Positions 1-11,310 of a DNA stretch of 64,000 bases are shown one piece after another (the first letter of the stretch is position 1; every line of letters begins with the position of its first letter). The stretch lies in assembly GCA_030390025.1 (NCBI GenBank), contig CM059431.1, forward strand, positions 95,854,001 through 95,918,000. The letters run 5' to 3'. The notes below the pieces were generated by a model. It was given only the letters and a program-made list of their open reading frames with translations, was not told the DNA's origin and did not search any database. This DNA is from Squalus acanthias (lineage: Eukaryota). The position numbers and the translations under genes were made by a program.

Positions 1-1020
1 CGCTGTCGACGGAAGTGGTGGAAGCGGAGATACTCAGGGCTGAATTTTGTCAATGGGAAGCTTTTGGTGGCGGGACTGCTGCTTGCCGGCTTTCAATCCC
101 GCCTCCATCAGCTTCTGGCCAACCAGCGGGATTTTTCCCTGATTGACCTTGTTAAGCCCGCCCAGCGGGCTCAGCAGGCCAATTAGGGGGAAGTCGCTGA
201 TGTGCTATCTGTCAGGATTTCTTGAAAGAAGAAATGTCAGCTTTGACAGCTCTGTGAAGCTGTCAAACACTGGCAATCTGTGTAGTTTGATGAGGCCTTG
301 TGTTCAGGACTCATCAAACCTTTCAACTTTGCAGAAATCACCTGGCTGTTGGTTCGGAGGATCCAACAGCCAGTCTGTGAAATCTACAATGAAGATGTCG
401 GGACTCTGGATCCACAGCGGCTGAAGTCTGAGGGCAGAAACAATGGTAAGTGAACATTTTATAACACTTAACACTCACCTTACATACTTACCACTCCACA
501 CTTGCACCCATCATTCACCTCTACACCTCACTTTCAGACCCCTCTGACCCCCGCAGACCTCCTTCTCGTCTCCTGCACCCTGGCGGGGTTCTCCGAGGTC
601 AAGAAGCCTGCACTTCGGAGCTAAAAATAGGGATAATCCTTTCTTCTGCCTGTTAACTACCTGTTAACAGGCAGTTAATAGGATTTAATCCCTTTCCCGC
701 CTCGAGGAGATGGGACCCGGGGCAGGACGGCTTCCCGTCTCCTGGCAAAAGGGCACGGAGGCGGGATGGGGTCGGGTTTACCAGCCGCACCCACTTTCTG
801 CAACTTTACCGGCAGTCCCGCCTCCATACCCGCCTCCTCGGGGCTGACAAAATCCAGCCCATAATGTTTGCAAGGGGAGACTGGATAGGCACTTGAGGGA
901 AATATACTTGCAGGGCTACGGGGATAGAGCGGGGGAATGGGACTGACTGGATTGCTCCACAGAGAGCCGGCACGGACTCGATGGGCCGAATGGCCTCCTT
1001 CTGTGCCGTTGTGACTCTAC
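1..1020 (+). mobile_element. CR1-type LINE 3' end, split by the MITE at 37-860 (pieces 1-36 and 861-1020)
   Basis: gtggtggaagcggagatactca continues after the insert as ...ctggataggcacttgaggga...gatgggccgaatggcctccttctgtg, resembling the CR1 3' tails at 58100-58300 and 63060-63250. Confidence 0.7.
37..860. mobile_element. Non-autonomous Harbinger-like DNA transposon (MITE)
   Basis: Terminal inverted repeats GGGCTGAATTTTGTCA (37-52) and TGACAAAATCCAGCCC (845-860), 15/16 match; interrupts a CR1 tail; no clear TSD; no coding capacity. Confidence 0.7.
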
Positions 1021-1021
1021 G

Positions 1022-2600
1022 TGTCGAGTGGATGATCCATATCGGCCTCCTCCTGAGGTCCCCACCATCACAGAAGCCTGTCTTCAGCCAATTCGATTCA
1101 CTGCATGTGATATCAAGAAACAGCTGAGCGCACTGGATATAGCAAAGGCTGTGGGCCCCAACAACATCTCAGCTATCGTGCTGAAGACTTGTGCTCCAGA
1201 ACTAGCCACGCATCTAGCCAAGCTGTTCCAGTACAGCTACAACAATGGCATCTATCCGACAATGTGGAAAACTGCCCAGGTATGTCCTGTCCACAAAAAG
1301 CAGGACAAATTCAATCCGGCCAATTACAACCCAATCAGACTACTCTCAACCATCAGCGAAGTGATGGAAGGTGTTATCGACAGTGCTATCAAGAGGCACT
1401 TACTCACTAATAACCTGCTCACTGATGCCGAGTTTGGGTACCGCCAGGACTACTCGGCTCCTGACCTCACTTCAGCCTTGGTCCAAACATGGACAAAGGA
1501 GCTGAATTCCAGAGGTGAGGTGAGAGTGACTGCCCTTGACATCAAAGCAGCATTTGACCGAGTGTGGCATCAAGGAGCCCTAGTAAAACTGAAATCAATG
1601 GGAATCGGGGGGAAAACTCTCCACTGGCTGAAGTCATACCTAGCACAAAGGAAGTTAGTTGTGGTGGTTGGAGGTCAATCATCACAGCCCCAGGACATCG
1701 CTGCAGGAGCTCCTCAGGGCAGTGTCCTAGGCCCAACCATCTTCTGCTGCTTCATCAACGACCTTCCCTCCAACATAAGCTCAGAAATGGGGATGTTCGC
1801 TGATGACTGCACAGTGTTCAGCGCCATTCACAACTCCTCAGATAATGAAGCAGTCCATGCCCGCATGCAACAAGACCTGGACGACATTCAGGCTTGGACT
1901 GATAAGTGGCAGGTAACATTTGCGCCACACAAGTGCCAGGCAATGACTATCTCCAACAAGCGAGTGTCTAACCACCGCCCCATGACATTCAACGGCATTA
2001 CCATCACCGAATCCCCCACCATCAACATTCTGGAGGTCACCATTGACCAGAAAGTTAACTGGACCAGCCACATAAATACTGTGGCAACAAAAGCAGGTCA
2101 AAGGCTAGGTATTCTGCGGCGAGTGTCTCACCTCCTGACTCCCTAAGCCCTTTCCATCATCTACAAGGCACAAGTAAGGAGTGTGATAGAATACTCTCCA
2201 CTTGCCTGGATGAGTGCAGCTCCAACAACACTCAAGAAGCTCAACAACATCCAGGATGCACTGCAGCAACTCGCCAAGGCTTCTTCGGCAGCACCTCCCA
2301 AACCTGCGACCTCTACCACCTAGAAGGACAAGGGCAACAGGCGCAGGGGAACACCACCACCTCCAAGTTCCCCTCCAAGTCACATACCATCCTGACTAGG
2401 AAGTATATCGTCGTTCCTTCATCGTCGCTGGGTCAAAATCCTGGAACTCCCTCCCTAACAGCACTGTGATAATATCTTCACCACACGGACTGCAGCGGTT
2501 CAAGAAGGCGGCTCACCACCACGTCTCAAGGGCAATTAGGGATGGACAATAAATGCTGGCCTTGCCAGCAATGCCCACATCCCATAAACGAATAAATTAA
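1022..2600 (+). mobile_element. 5'-truncated CR1/L2-group non-LTR retrotransposon with reverse transcriptase region and 3' tail
   Basis: RT ORF 1028-2146 followed by degraded ORF2 C-terminus, AATAAA and an A-rich end near 2600. Confidence 0.85.
1028..2146 (+). pseudogene. LINE ORF2 reverse transcriptase fragment (372 aa open, premature stop)
   Basis: Motifs KAVGPNNI, YNPIRLLS, ALDIKAAFDRVWH, GAPQGSVLGP, MFADD, W..KWQVTF...KC. Confidence 0.85.
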
Positions 2601-2604
2601 AAAT

Positions 2605-3838
2605 TCAAGCTGATTCTCAGGTTATGTCAGAGCTGCTAAATGACTATTTCATCAGTCTAACTCCTGTAAATGATGCTTGTATTCCGGATGAGGGGTGCTC
2701 AGTATTGAATAGCGTTATCAACACTAAAATAGATAGCAATGTCACCCTGAATAGATCAGCAAAGCCCAAAATTGATAGGGCTTCAATTCTGGATCATAAA
2801 GAGATGGGACAGGTGCTCAGTGAGCCCCTTGTCTATATCTTCAATCATTCATAGAGTCGGGGATAGTTCCCTTAGGCTGGAAGCTAGCTTGTGAAGTTTC
2901 TATTTTCAAAAAAGGGAACTATAGGCCTATCAGCCTGACATCCATTATTGGGAACATACTTGAAGGGGTCGTAAGATAGCCCCTTTATGATCACTGGGAA
3001 AGGGTTGTGCCCATTCGAAATTCAAAACACAGCTTTCGAAAAAATAGGTCATGCTTAACAAATTTGATACAGTTTTTTGAGGAAGTCACGAGGGTAGTGG
3101 ATGAGAGAAATCCAGTAGACATTGTCTACCTGAACTTTCAGAAAGCCTTTGATAAATTAACTCACACTAGGTTACTTGACAAGATAGAATCTTGTGGTAT
3201 CAGTAGAAATTTGAAACACTGCATCAGGAATTGGCTCCAATCCCACAGCCAAAAAGTTGCAGTTAACAGATGTGGTTCAGCTTGGAAACATGTTACTACT
3301 GGTATTCCCAGGGATTGGTCCTAGCCTCGACCCCCTAATCTTCACGATCTTTATTAATGACCTGGACAGTACTGTTGGAAGCATGGTAAGTAAGTTTACA
3401 AATGACACCAAAATCTGTACAAGGGTTAAGATGGTAGAGCAGTACCATCAAATCCAAAAAGATTTAGATGTGCTAGGGGAGTGGGACACACAATGGCAAA
3501 TGGTGTGTAAATTAGATAAATGCAGTGTTATGCCTGTTGGTGGGTCTAAGACAGAATATATGTATCATTTGCTGGGAACAATACAGAATGATGTTGAGAG
3601 AGAAAAAGATCTTGGTGTTATTTTGCACAGATCACTAAAGGTTCATGACCAATGTAGAGAAACTGTAGCTAAAGCTAACAGGGTCTTGGGGTGCATTAAC
3701 AGAACCATTCAGTATAAATCAAAGCACAACTTTTGACACTATACAGGTTGCTGGTCAGACCACATCTATAGTATTTTTGGTTATCTCCACGTGGTGAATG
3801 ATATAGTGGCCTAGGAATAGGTCCAGAGAAGAGCTTCA
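2605..3838 (+). pseudogene. Degraded CR1 ORF2 (RT) fragment
   Basis: Frameshifted pieces: SCLTNLIQFFEEVT..VD..NPVDIVYLNFQKAFDK, FTIFINDLD, KFTNDTK, EKDLGV. Confidence 0.85.
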
Positions 3839-4113
3839 ACAATGGTCTGCCACAGGAGTCGGTGCTTGCACCGGCCTTTTTCAACATTTACATGCTGGAC
3901 ATGCTCTAAACCAAATTCCAGAAGTTTGCCTATGCCAATGACCTAGCACTGCTGACGCAAGCATCAACGCTAGAGGAAGCAAGTGGGACGCTCACAAGCG
4001 ACCTGGAACTACTGGAATGCTACTTCTGGACCTGGTGCCTCTGCCCCAATCCAGAGAAGACAGTTGTGGCAGTGTTCCATCTGAACAACAACCCCGCCGG
4101 AAAAGAACTCAAT

Positions 4114-4790
4114 GGCCTAGAAATTGCAGTTGGAGGCGTACCTCCGGAGTATGCCTCCAACCAGCAAAACAATTCTGACAGTACCTGCTGGCGCCCAGGC
4201 TGTGAAGTGTTGCAGTCTCAGGCCTCGAGGCGGATGGCAGCATAAAGGCCCATGGATCCCAGGGACGCAGGCTGTTCAGAAACGTCCCTGGGATCACGTG
4301 GGCCCAGTCCTCCAATGACAAAGGAGGATTACATTGCAATCATTTACGAAGGGAATCCCCTAATTGTATGCAATGGAATCCCCAAATAATCATACAATGT
4401 ACAGAAATTTACTAATTAAACAATGTACTGAATTGCAAATTTATTCATAAGTTCCTTCATCGCACCAACCTCAATAACAATTACATTTTTTGATAAATAA
4501 TTTTAAACATCTTAATCCGGACCAATATTTGTATAAACTCATTTAAAGTGTATGTGCATAATTTTGGATTTTTAAATGTTTTATTTAAGCTTTGTATATA
4601 CCCTTACGCAGATGCAAGCAGGCCCTATGCCAGCTTTTACCAGCCATAAAAGTTGCGCGGGCAATTACTGGGCAGTTGTTGGGCAAGTAGCCCAACTCTG
4701 CGCCAGCAATAGTAATTTTTCAGGTGGTTCGGATGATCTGTTAAGACAGACCTTGACAGATCGCAAGTTCCAGATTTTGCGTATGCGTCA
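4114..4790. mobile_element. Truncated Harbinger-like MITE (AT-rich-centre family)
   Basis: Begins AAT|GGCCTAGAAATTG like 10270 and 58688; AT-rich core; gatctg..ttgacagatc..gcgtatgcg motif shared with 58760-58830; right TIR missing. Confidence 0.55.
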
Positions 4791-5129
4791 TGGGGGGAGC
4801 ACAGCCAGAACACTTTACACCACAACAGTGGCCCTAGTCTACTCTGCTGGAGAATACTGCTCTGCCTCATGGTCCTGCAGCCGCCTCACACAGATCGTAG
4901 ACATGCAGCTAAATGCCACGATGAGGATGGTGTCAGGGACGCTCAAGTCCACTCTGACTGAGTAGCTCCCGGTGCTGTCCCACATTGCCCCGCCTGCCAT
5001 TTGCAGCGACGCCACCTTGCTCCGTGAGCTGGAAAAAATCATCAGCAACATCGACCTTCCCATTCAAGAAGACCACAAAAGCATTTTAAATCACACTGGC
5101 CATTCTGGGAAACAGCAGCCAATATGCAT

Positions 5130-5486
5130 GTTGATGATTCTGCTATTGCCATTTACACCTCTTCTAGACCCATCTTTTGTTTCTTTACTTGTCTCATTAC
5201 CATCTCCTTTTGCCTTGCATAATCATCCCATTTGTCATTTAATCACTCCTGCATTCCACCCTATCAAAGACCTCCCATTTTTTTCTTTCCTCTCCTCCCT
5301 CCTTTCCCTGCCCCTGCACTTGCTTAAAACCTGCTATATCTCTAAGTTTTTCCAGTTCTGACGAAAGGTCATTGACCTGAAACGTTAACTCTGTTTCTCT
5401 CTCCACAGATGCTGCCTGACCTGCTGAGTATTTCCAGCATTTTCTGTTTTTATTTCAGATTTCCAGCATCCACAGTATTTTGCTTT
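5130..5486 (+). mobile_element. Penelope-like element terminal fragment carrying a hammerhead motif
   Basis: Pyrimidine-rich tract, hammerhead core, then acagatgctgcctgacctgctgag tail; flanked by a 13-bp direct repeat AGCCAATATGCAT (5117-5129) / AGCCAATATTCAT (5487-5499). Confidence 0.65.
5354..5390 (+). ncRNA. Minimal type I hammerhead ribozyme motif
   Basis: AGTT-CTGACGA-A-AGGTC/ATT/GACCT-GAAAC-GTT-AACT: conserved CUGANGA and GAAA, stem II, stem I AGUU/AACU, palindromic minimal stem III. Confidence 0.65.
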
Positions 5487-6778
5487 AGCCAATATTCATA
5501 CAGCTGGTATCAACTCACTATTCAGATGGACGGAATCATGGGACACATGCAACATAAAAAACCAACGCCTCATCACTGACCCAACAGCAGAGGTTTCTGG
5601 CTTCGATCTCCCTTGAAGACAGTGGACAGTGCTCAACCCAATCCGCCCAGGGCATGGGCGTTGTGGCTCCCTGCTTCACAAGTGGAGGATGAGGGATATT
5701 TTTATTCTAACAAGTTTATTATCTCGACATTGTCGTGATGCTGTATATTTACTGAAAAGTGATTTATATAATTTTCAGTAAAAATACAGCACAACAGAAC
5801 TGAACTATTAAGCTTGTTTTATACACATAAAAAATGCTTAATATTTCAGTTCTGAAATATGGGGAAAGCCCAATACTGTATAACCTATAGTGGTGATTCC
5901 ATGCTCCCAACAGGGAAGCGAGGCACACTGGAAGAGTGGATCGGAAACAGGTTACAATATTGTAACCTGGTTCTCCAACCCACACTCCCTGCAAGGGCAT
6001 CGCCTGGCTGGGAAAGCAAGATTGTAGAATCAATATTGAGAACTTCTGCTTGGTATTGCTGGTTTTAGCTGCGTAGCTACTGCTGCACTTTACTCCACAT
6101 CAAAGTTAACATCCCCAGTCATTGGGACTGTGGATGGCTCAGCCCAACTGAAGGATTACTTTAATTCAGTGACCAAGGTGAAGGCCGGAGGTCCAGGGTA
6201 AGGCGTCCAGGATATAGGGTGCTGTAAGTACATAAGTCAATTGTAGGACTAGAGAAAAGACCATTTGTCCATTGAAGCTTGTCACTTAAGTACCTCAAAA
6301 AGACAAGGTTCATCAGCAGGTTGTGATTAGGTGACTCCAAGATTGGGTTACAAAAGCCTGAAAATTTTAGAGAAGGAGAGCCTGAGGAAAGTAATTAATT
6401 CAGTAGCTCTTTTTCCTTGCCTGTTTTCTGCACTCCCCTTGACCTCTCCTGAAGGCACTGACTCCTTCCAGGGGTGTGGATTCACAGTGAAGGTCACCCT
6501 CTGGGACATCACTCAAATAGCCAGTCTTAAGCCTAGGAAGTCAGGCGATTTTACCATGAGATCATCACAGTTAAGCTTGATGCTGTATTTCTGATATGCA
6601 CACACATAACAATCAGCAGTAGGAACCCTGGGGTCTGGATATGCCTCCTGGTGGCGGGTTAGCGACCGGGTGGGTGTTCTGCCCACCCACATGACTCTGC
6701 CCCATACACACCCTGAAAATCGGTGCAAATTCCAAAGAAAATCCAGGCTCTTGAGTATTTGCCCCTCCCTAACCCTAT

Positions 6779-7665
6779 GTGGGAGAAATTCGGTATCGCC
6801 CCATTTGGGGCGCAATAATCGGCCGGGCGCAAAGTTTAGCACCTGGGGCTAATCATCGCCTCCGACTGCAAACTTGGCTTCTATCGCCCCTGGAGGTGAT
6901 TGGAGCGCTAAATCAGGCGCTACACACCTCTCTTAAGGCGCTATCGCCGAGGAGTGAGGCGCTACCTCAGAGCACTGGTGAAGCTCATGTGATGTCAGTC
7001 AGCAATGGAACACAGACACACTGGCACCGGCCAGTTCTTCAAGGGGAGGGTCGATCTTGCTCTCCATCCACACCCTGCTCATTGCAGCCTTGAATCTCGG
7101 CCTGGAGAGACCTGTACATCAAATCTGCTGGAAAGAACAATGGAGAGACCCAGGGAAAGAGCTCAGAGTGCAGCCCCCACAGTCTCTTCTAAATCGATGC
7201 AAGGAAGGTCAAATCAAAATGAACCTGCAAGGTGCTGCTCAGTACCCAAAATTCCTTCACACAGCGTTGAATCTCTCCAGAAGTCTCTCTCTCTCAGAAT
7301 GCGTGGTGTAAAAATGTCGCTGACTAAAAAGGCAGTAAGCGGTCGCCTTTAAATAGCGCTCCCCCAGTCCCTTCCCAACTGCAAAACGTTCCCCTCAACC
7401 TGTCGTTGCTAGCGGCAGGCAGAAAGGCAGAGGGTGCCACTTAATATCCGGTCTGGGGCGCTATCGGGGCGTTGCACGCTCGATTGACGTCATGATCTGT
7501 GGGCGCAGGAGATCGTGGCGGTAGTGTTTAGTGCCGCCGCAAAATGTCTGGTCAATTTCGCGAGCGGCGCAAACATAGCCACACCCGGGCGCTAGTTGCT
7601 TTGTGCCCCATTAGCGCCCTCTTAGGGCGCTAACGGGAGGCACAAAGCAACCAAATTTTTTCCCC
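6779..7665 (+). mobile_element. Harbinger MITE, family A (diverged copy outside the array)
   Basis: Ends GTGGGAGAAATTCGG / CCAAATTTTTTCCCC, TSD TAT (6776-6778, 7666-7668); colinear with 27614-28506 and with both ends of 18477-22708. Confidence 0.9.
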
Positions 7666-8141
7666 TATGTGTTTTTCTTCCGGCTAATATTTTTGAGACT
7701 ATTTTTTTTCATTCTTTTATAATGTAATGTTTAATATGGAACTTGCACTATCCAAATATTTCCTGCTTTTTCACTCAAAAACCAACTGCAATGGAAGCAT
7801 TTACAAGACTTCAGAAGATCAGGAAGAGTTTAAATAAAGAGAGGACATAAATTAGTAACTTTTACAATATAAACTTTCACAGGTGGTCAAGGACCAATAA
7901 GGCATCTATATGCAAGCTACAGAGTACCATTGACAATCAATGAGTCGAGTTAAAATTAATGATGGGGATCATTAATGGTGCTGAAAAGCACGCCAGAGAG
8001 ATCAGCTGGCACCAAAGCCAAACTAGCTAGACCTGCCATTATGTCATCAACCACATCTGTACGCTATCTGGAACATCGATTTGGCAATGACCCAAGTAAA
8101 CTGATGTGGCATGCTCCATCAGTAGCAAAGCAGATGCAGAG

Positions 8142-8260
8142 TTGTCCCACATTACAACAGTGACTACACTTCAAAAAAGTACTTCATTGGCTGTAAAGCG
8201 CTTTGAGACGTCCGGTGGTCATGAAAGGCGCTATATAAATGTAAGTCTTTCTTTCTTTCT
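8142..8260 (+). mobile_element. L2-derived 3' tail (L2 or L2-dependent SINE end)
   Basis: acattacaacagtgactacacttcaaaa..cattggctgtaaagcgctttg..aaaggcgctatataaatg followed by (ttct)n. Confidence 0.65.
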
Positions 8261-8825
8261 ATAAGGACATCTGTAGCCAATCTGCTCCATAGGGACATCA
8301 TTTCCTGTAGCGGGCAAGGTCACATCCTCTCTCTGTTTCCTTCCAAGCTAGTGTGGAGCTCATCTGCAGCATCACATGTGTCAGACTGGTCATTGATGAA
8401 TTGGTCAGTATAACTAGTACTTTCATCTCCTTTCTCACTGAATGGCAATAGGAAAGTGACATGTCTGCCGAATGTCACCACACTCCTGCAACATAGAGAG
8501 AGCAATGATGGTGGCCATGTGGCTGTCCAGGGAGCAGGTTTCTGCTCCTCTTGGCCACTATTACTCCCTCCATCTCACCTGTACACCGTGACTCACCTGA
8601 TGCCGCCTCCTCAAGCTCACTAACTGTATCCTCCGGGATGTGTGGAGCTGCTTTCAAAGTTGGGGAGAGGGCCATAGGATGTTTTGAGGTGCTGTCTTGT
8701 TCTGAACCACTGATAGTGCTGAAAGGCTCCTCTTCCAAGCCCACAAGGATAGAAAGGAGACAAATGTTACTCAAGACGCACTTTCCAACAGAGCTTGCAT
8801 TTCAAGATACTCACAATACTCACGA

Positions 8826-9135
8826 GTGGTTAGGATTTGGAATGCCCTGCCTGATAGGGTGGTGCATACAGATTCAATAGTAGCCTTCAAAAGGGAATTG
8901 GATAGATATTTGAAGGAGAAAAAATTGCAGGGATATGGGGAAAGAGGGGGAGTGGGACTAACTGGATTCAATAAGATCAGCCATGATCTTATTGAATGGC
9001 AGAGCAGGCTCGAAGGGCCAAATGTCCTAATCCTGTTCCTATTTCTTATGTTCTTATGATTGCTCTTTGAAAGAGCCACCGCAGACTCGTTGGGCCTCGA
9101 TGTCCTTCTGTGCTGTACTATTTTATGATTCCATG
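8826..9135 (+). mobile_element. Nested CR1 3' ends
   Basis: VVRIWNALP..FKRELDRYLK C-terminus; a second tail (cagccatgatcttattgaatggc...ttcttatgttcttatg) is inserted at about 8968-9058. Confidence 0.75.
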
Positions 9136-9446
9136 TGTAATGCATTCGTGGCTGAGTGTATGCATGTGTGGGTATGAGTGAGAACGAGAAGAACTGAACA
9201 GTACTCATCCTGTGGCTTCACCTTCCCCTATTCCCTCCATGCTCTTATTTGAAAGGATGTCCAAAGTGGCCTCCTCCAAGGGAGTCTAGGGATGTAAGTC
9301 TGACCCCTCCTCCAGTTTGAGTCTGTTTCCTTGTATACTGTGCCATCTTGTTACACAGGCAGAGAATTAGTCTAGAGATGTTGTAAGTTGAAGGGGTACA
9401 TACAACAGACATCAGCCCATCAGTAAGTGACCATGCATCATGCAGG

Positions 9447-11310
9447 TAACAATAACAACTTGCATTTATATCGCGCCTTTAACAAAGTAAAATGTCTCAA
9501 TGCATTGCACAGGAGCGTAATCAGACAAAAATTGACACTGAGCCAAAGAAGGAGACATTAGGAGAGCTGACCAAACGCTTGATTAAAGAGGTAGGTTTTA
9601 AGCAGCCTCTTAAATGAGGAGAGATGATGAGGTGATCAGCTTTGGGGAGGGAATTCCAGAGCTTAAGCACATAGCTGAAGGCACAGCTGTCAATGAGGGG
9701 GCGAAGGAAGTGGGCCAGTTTTGGAGGAATGCAGAGTTCACAGACGGTTCTAGGCTGCAGGAGGTTATAGAGATAGGGAGGAGCGAGGCTATGGAGAGAT
9801 TTGAACAAGAGATTGAGAATTTTTAAATCGAGATGTTCATGGAGGGATCTGAACACAAGGTGGAGAATTTTAAAACTGAGGCGTTGGTGGACCGGTATCC
9901 AATGTAGGTCAGTGAGCAAAGGAGTGACGGGTGAGCGGGACTTGGTGCAAGTCACAATACGGGCAGCAGAGTTTTCAATGAGCTCAAGATTATGGAAGGT
10001 GGAAGATGGGAGGCCGGCCAGGCAAGCATTGGAATAGTCGAGTCTGGAGGGAGCAAAAGCATGGATGAGGGTTACAGCAGTAGATGGGCTAAGACATGCA
10101 ACATTATGGAGGTGGAAGTCTTTGTGATGGAGAAGATATGGGCTCGGAAGCTCAACTCAGGGCTAAATAGACGATTTTGCAAACAGGTAGCTCAAACTGA
10201 GACAGTGGCCAAGGAAGGGACAAAATCGGTGGCTAGGTAACGGAGTCTGTGGCGGGGACCAAAGACAATGGGCCAAAAATTGATGCCGCTACGCGAGAGT
10301 ACGCACTGTGTACTCTCGCGTATTCTCTCTCCAATTGCTGGTTTTCTGCATGCACTGCGCATGCGCTGAAAACCGGCACTTGGTTTTTGGAAAAGGGGGC
10401 GGTTCCTCGGTGCACCGCGTGCGCGCTACAGGCTGCGCGCACGCTGTGCACTTAGTGCTTTGGATGCGCAGGTAAGGACGGAAGATTTTAGAAATGAAAA
10501 AAGGAGGAGTAAGACCCACTTTTAACAAGGTAAGTAGTGAATTAAGTATTATTTTGAATTTTTTTTAACAGGTATATCTTTTTTAGAGACTTTAAAGACA
10601 GGTAAGTTTATTTTTATAACTTTTTAAAAGATTTTAAATTTTTTCAAAAATTTAATTTTTTATTTAAAATGGTTAATTTATTTAACTATACTTATTTTAT
10701 TAATGTGATGTTTTTTTTAATTTAATTGAGGTTTAGCTGTTATTTTGGGGGTGTGTAAGATTCATAGATTTCACAGCACGTATGTGAAACTTATGAATGG
10801 AAGATGGTGTGCTGCCATTGGCTCTAACTGAGTCACGTGATCCCACAGCTCGCACAAATTCACTACGCCGGTGGGATACGCAAGCCCTGCCCAGCTGATG
10901 TCTAGAACATCAAGTTCGTGCGAGCTGGATCTGAAAAAGCCAACGCGGAGTGAGAGATCGCGCCTGCTCCTTACCCCCGCGGGAACAGAGCGAGATCAAT
11001 TTCTGGGCCAATGGCTTTGCTTTTCCCAATGTTTAATTAGAGAAATTTTGGCTCATCAGGACTGGCTGCCGGACAAGCAGTCTGACATTACAGAGATAGT
11101 GGAGGCATTGAGAGAGGTGGTGGTGAAGCAGAGCTGGGTATCGTCAGCATAGATGTAGAACCTAATGTTATGTTTTCGGATGATATTGCTGAGAGGCAGC
11201 ACGTAAATGAAAAATAGGAGGAGGGCCAAGGATAGATCCTTGGCGAACTGCAGAAGTAATGGTGCGGGGGGTGGGAAGAGAAACCATTGCAGGAGATTCT
11301 CCGGCTATGA
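9447..11310 (-). mobile_element. L2 LINE 3' portion, interrupted by the MITE at 10270-11009
   Basis: Minus-strand PVTPLLTDLHWIPVHQR..FKIL, KLWNSLP and RQGSILGP motifs; (ttg)n tail after ggcgcgatataaatgcaag at 9447-9480. Confidence 0.85.
10270..11009. mobile_element. Harbinger-like MITE with AT-rich centre
   Basis: TIRs GGGCCAAAAATTGAT / ATCAATTTCTGGGCC (13/15); TSD AAT at 10267-10269 and 11010-11012; L2 sequence is continuous when it is removed. Confidence 0.85.

Larger units (their letters stand above)
3839..5695 (+). mobile_element. Degraded Ingi/Vingi-like (I-group) LINE ORF, interrupted by a MITE and a Penelope-type insert
   Basis: Hand translation gives NGLPQESVLAPAFFNIY, FAYANDLAL, PNPEKT..VFHL, ALVYSAGEYCSASW, QLNATMRMVSGTLKST, LSHIAPP, DPT..GFDLP*RQWTVLN.IRPGHGRCG.LLHKW; clade call is from recalled motifs only. 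Confidence 0.6.

Noticed and set aside
6290..6650. Possible SINE-like fragment (also about 9150-9430)
   Set aside because: No clear A/B boxes, tail or TSD that I can support by eye
8320..8790. Possible host exon(s) on the minus strand (acidic, Ser-rich ORFs with an acceptor-like ttgcag)
   Set aside because: No recognisable domain; could be a decayed Harbinger Myb gene or noise
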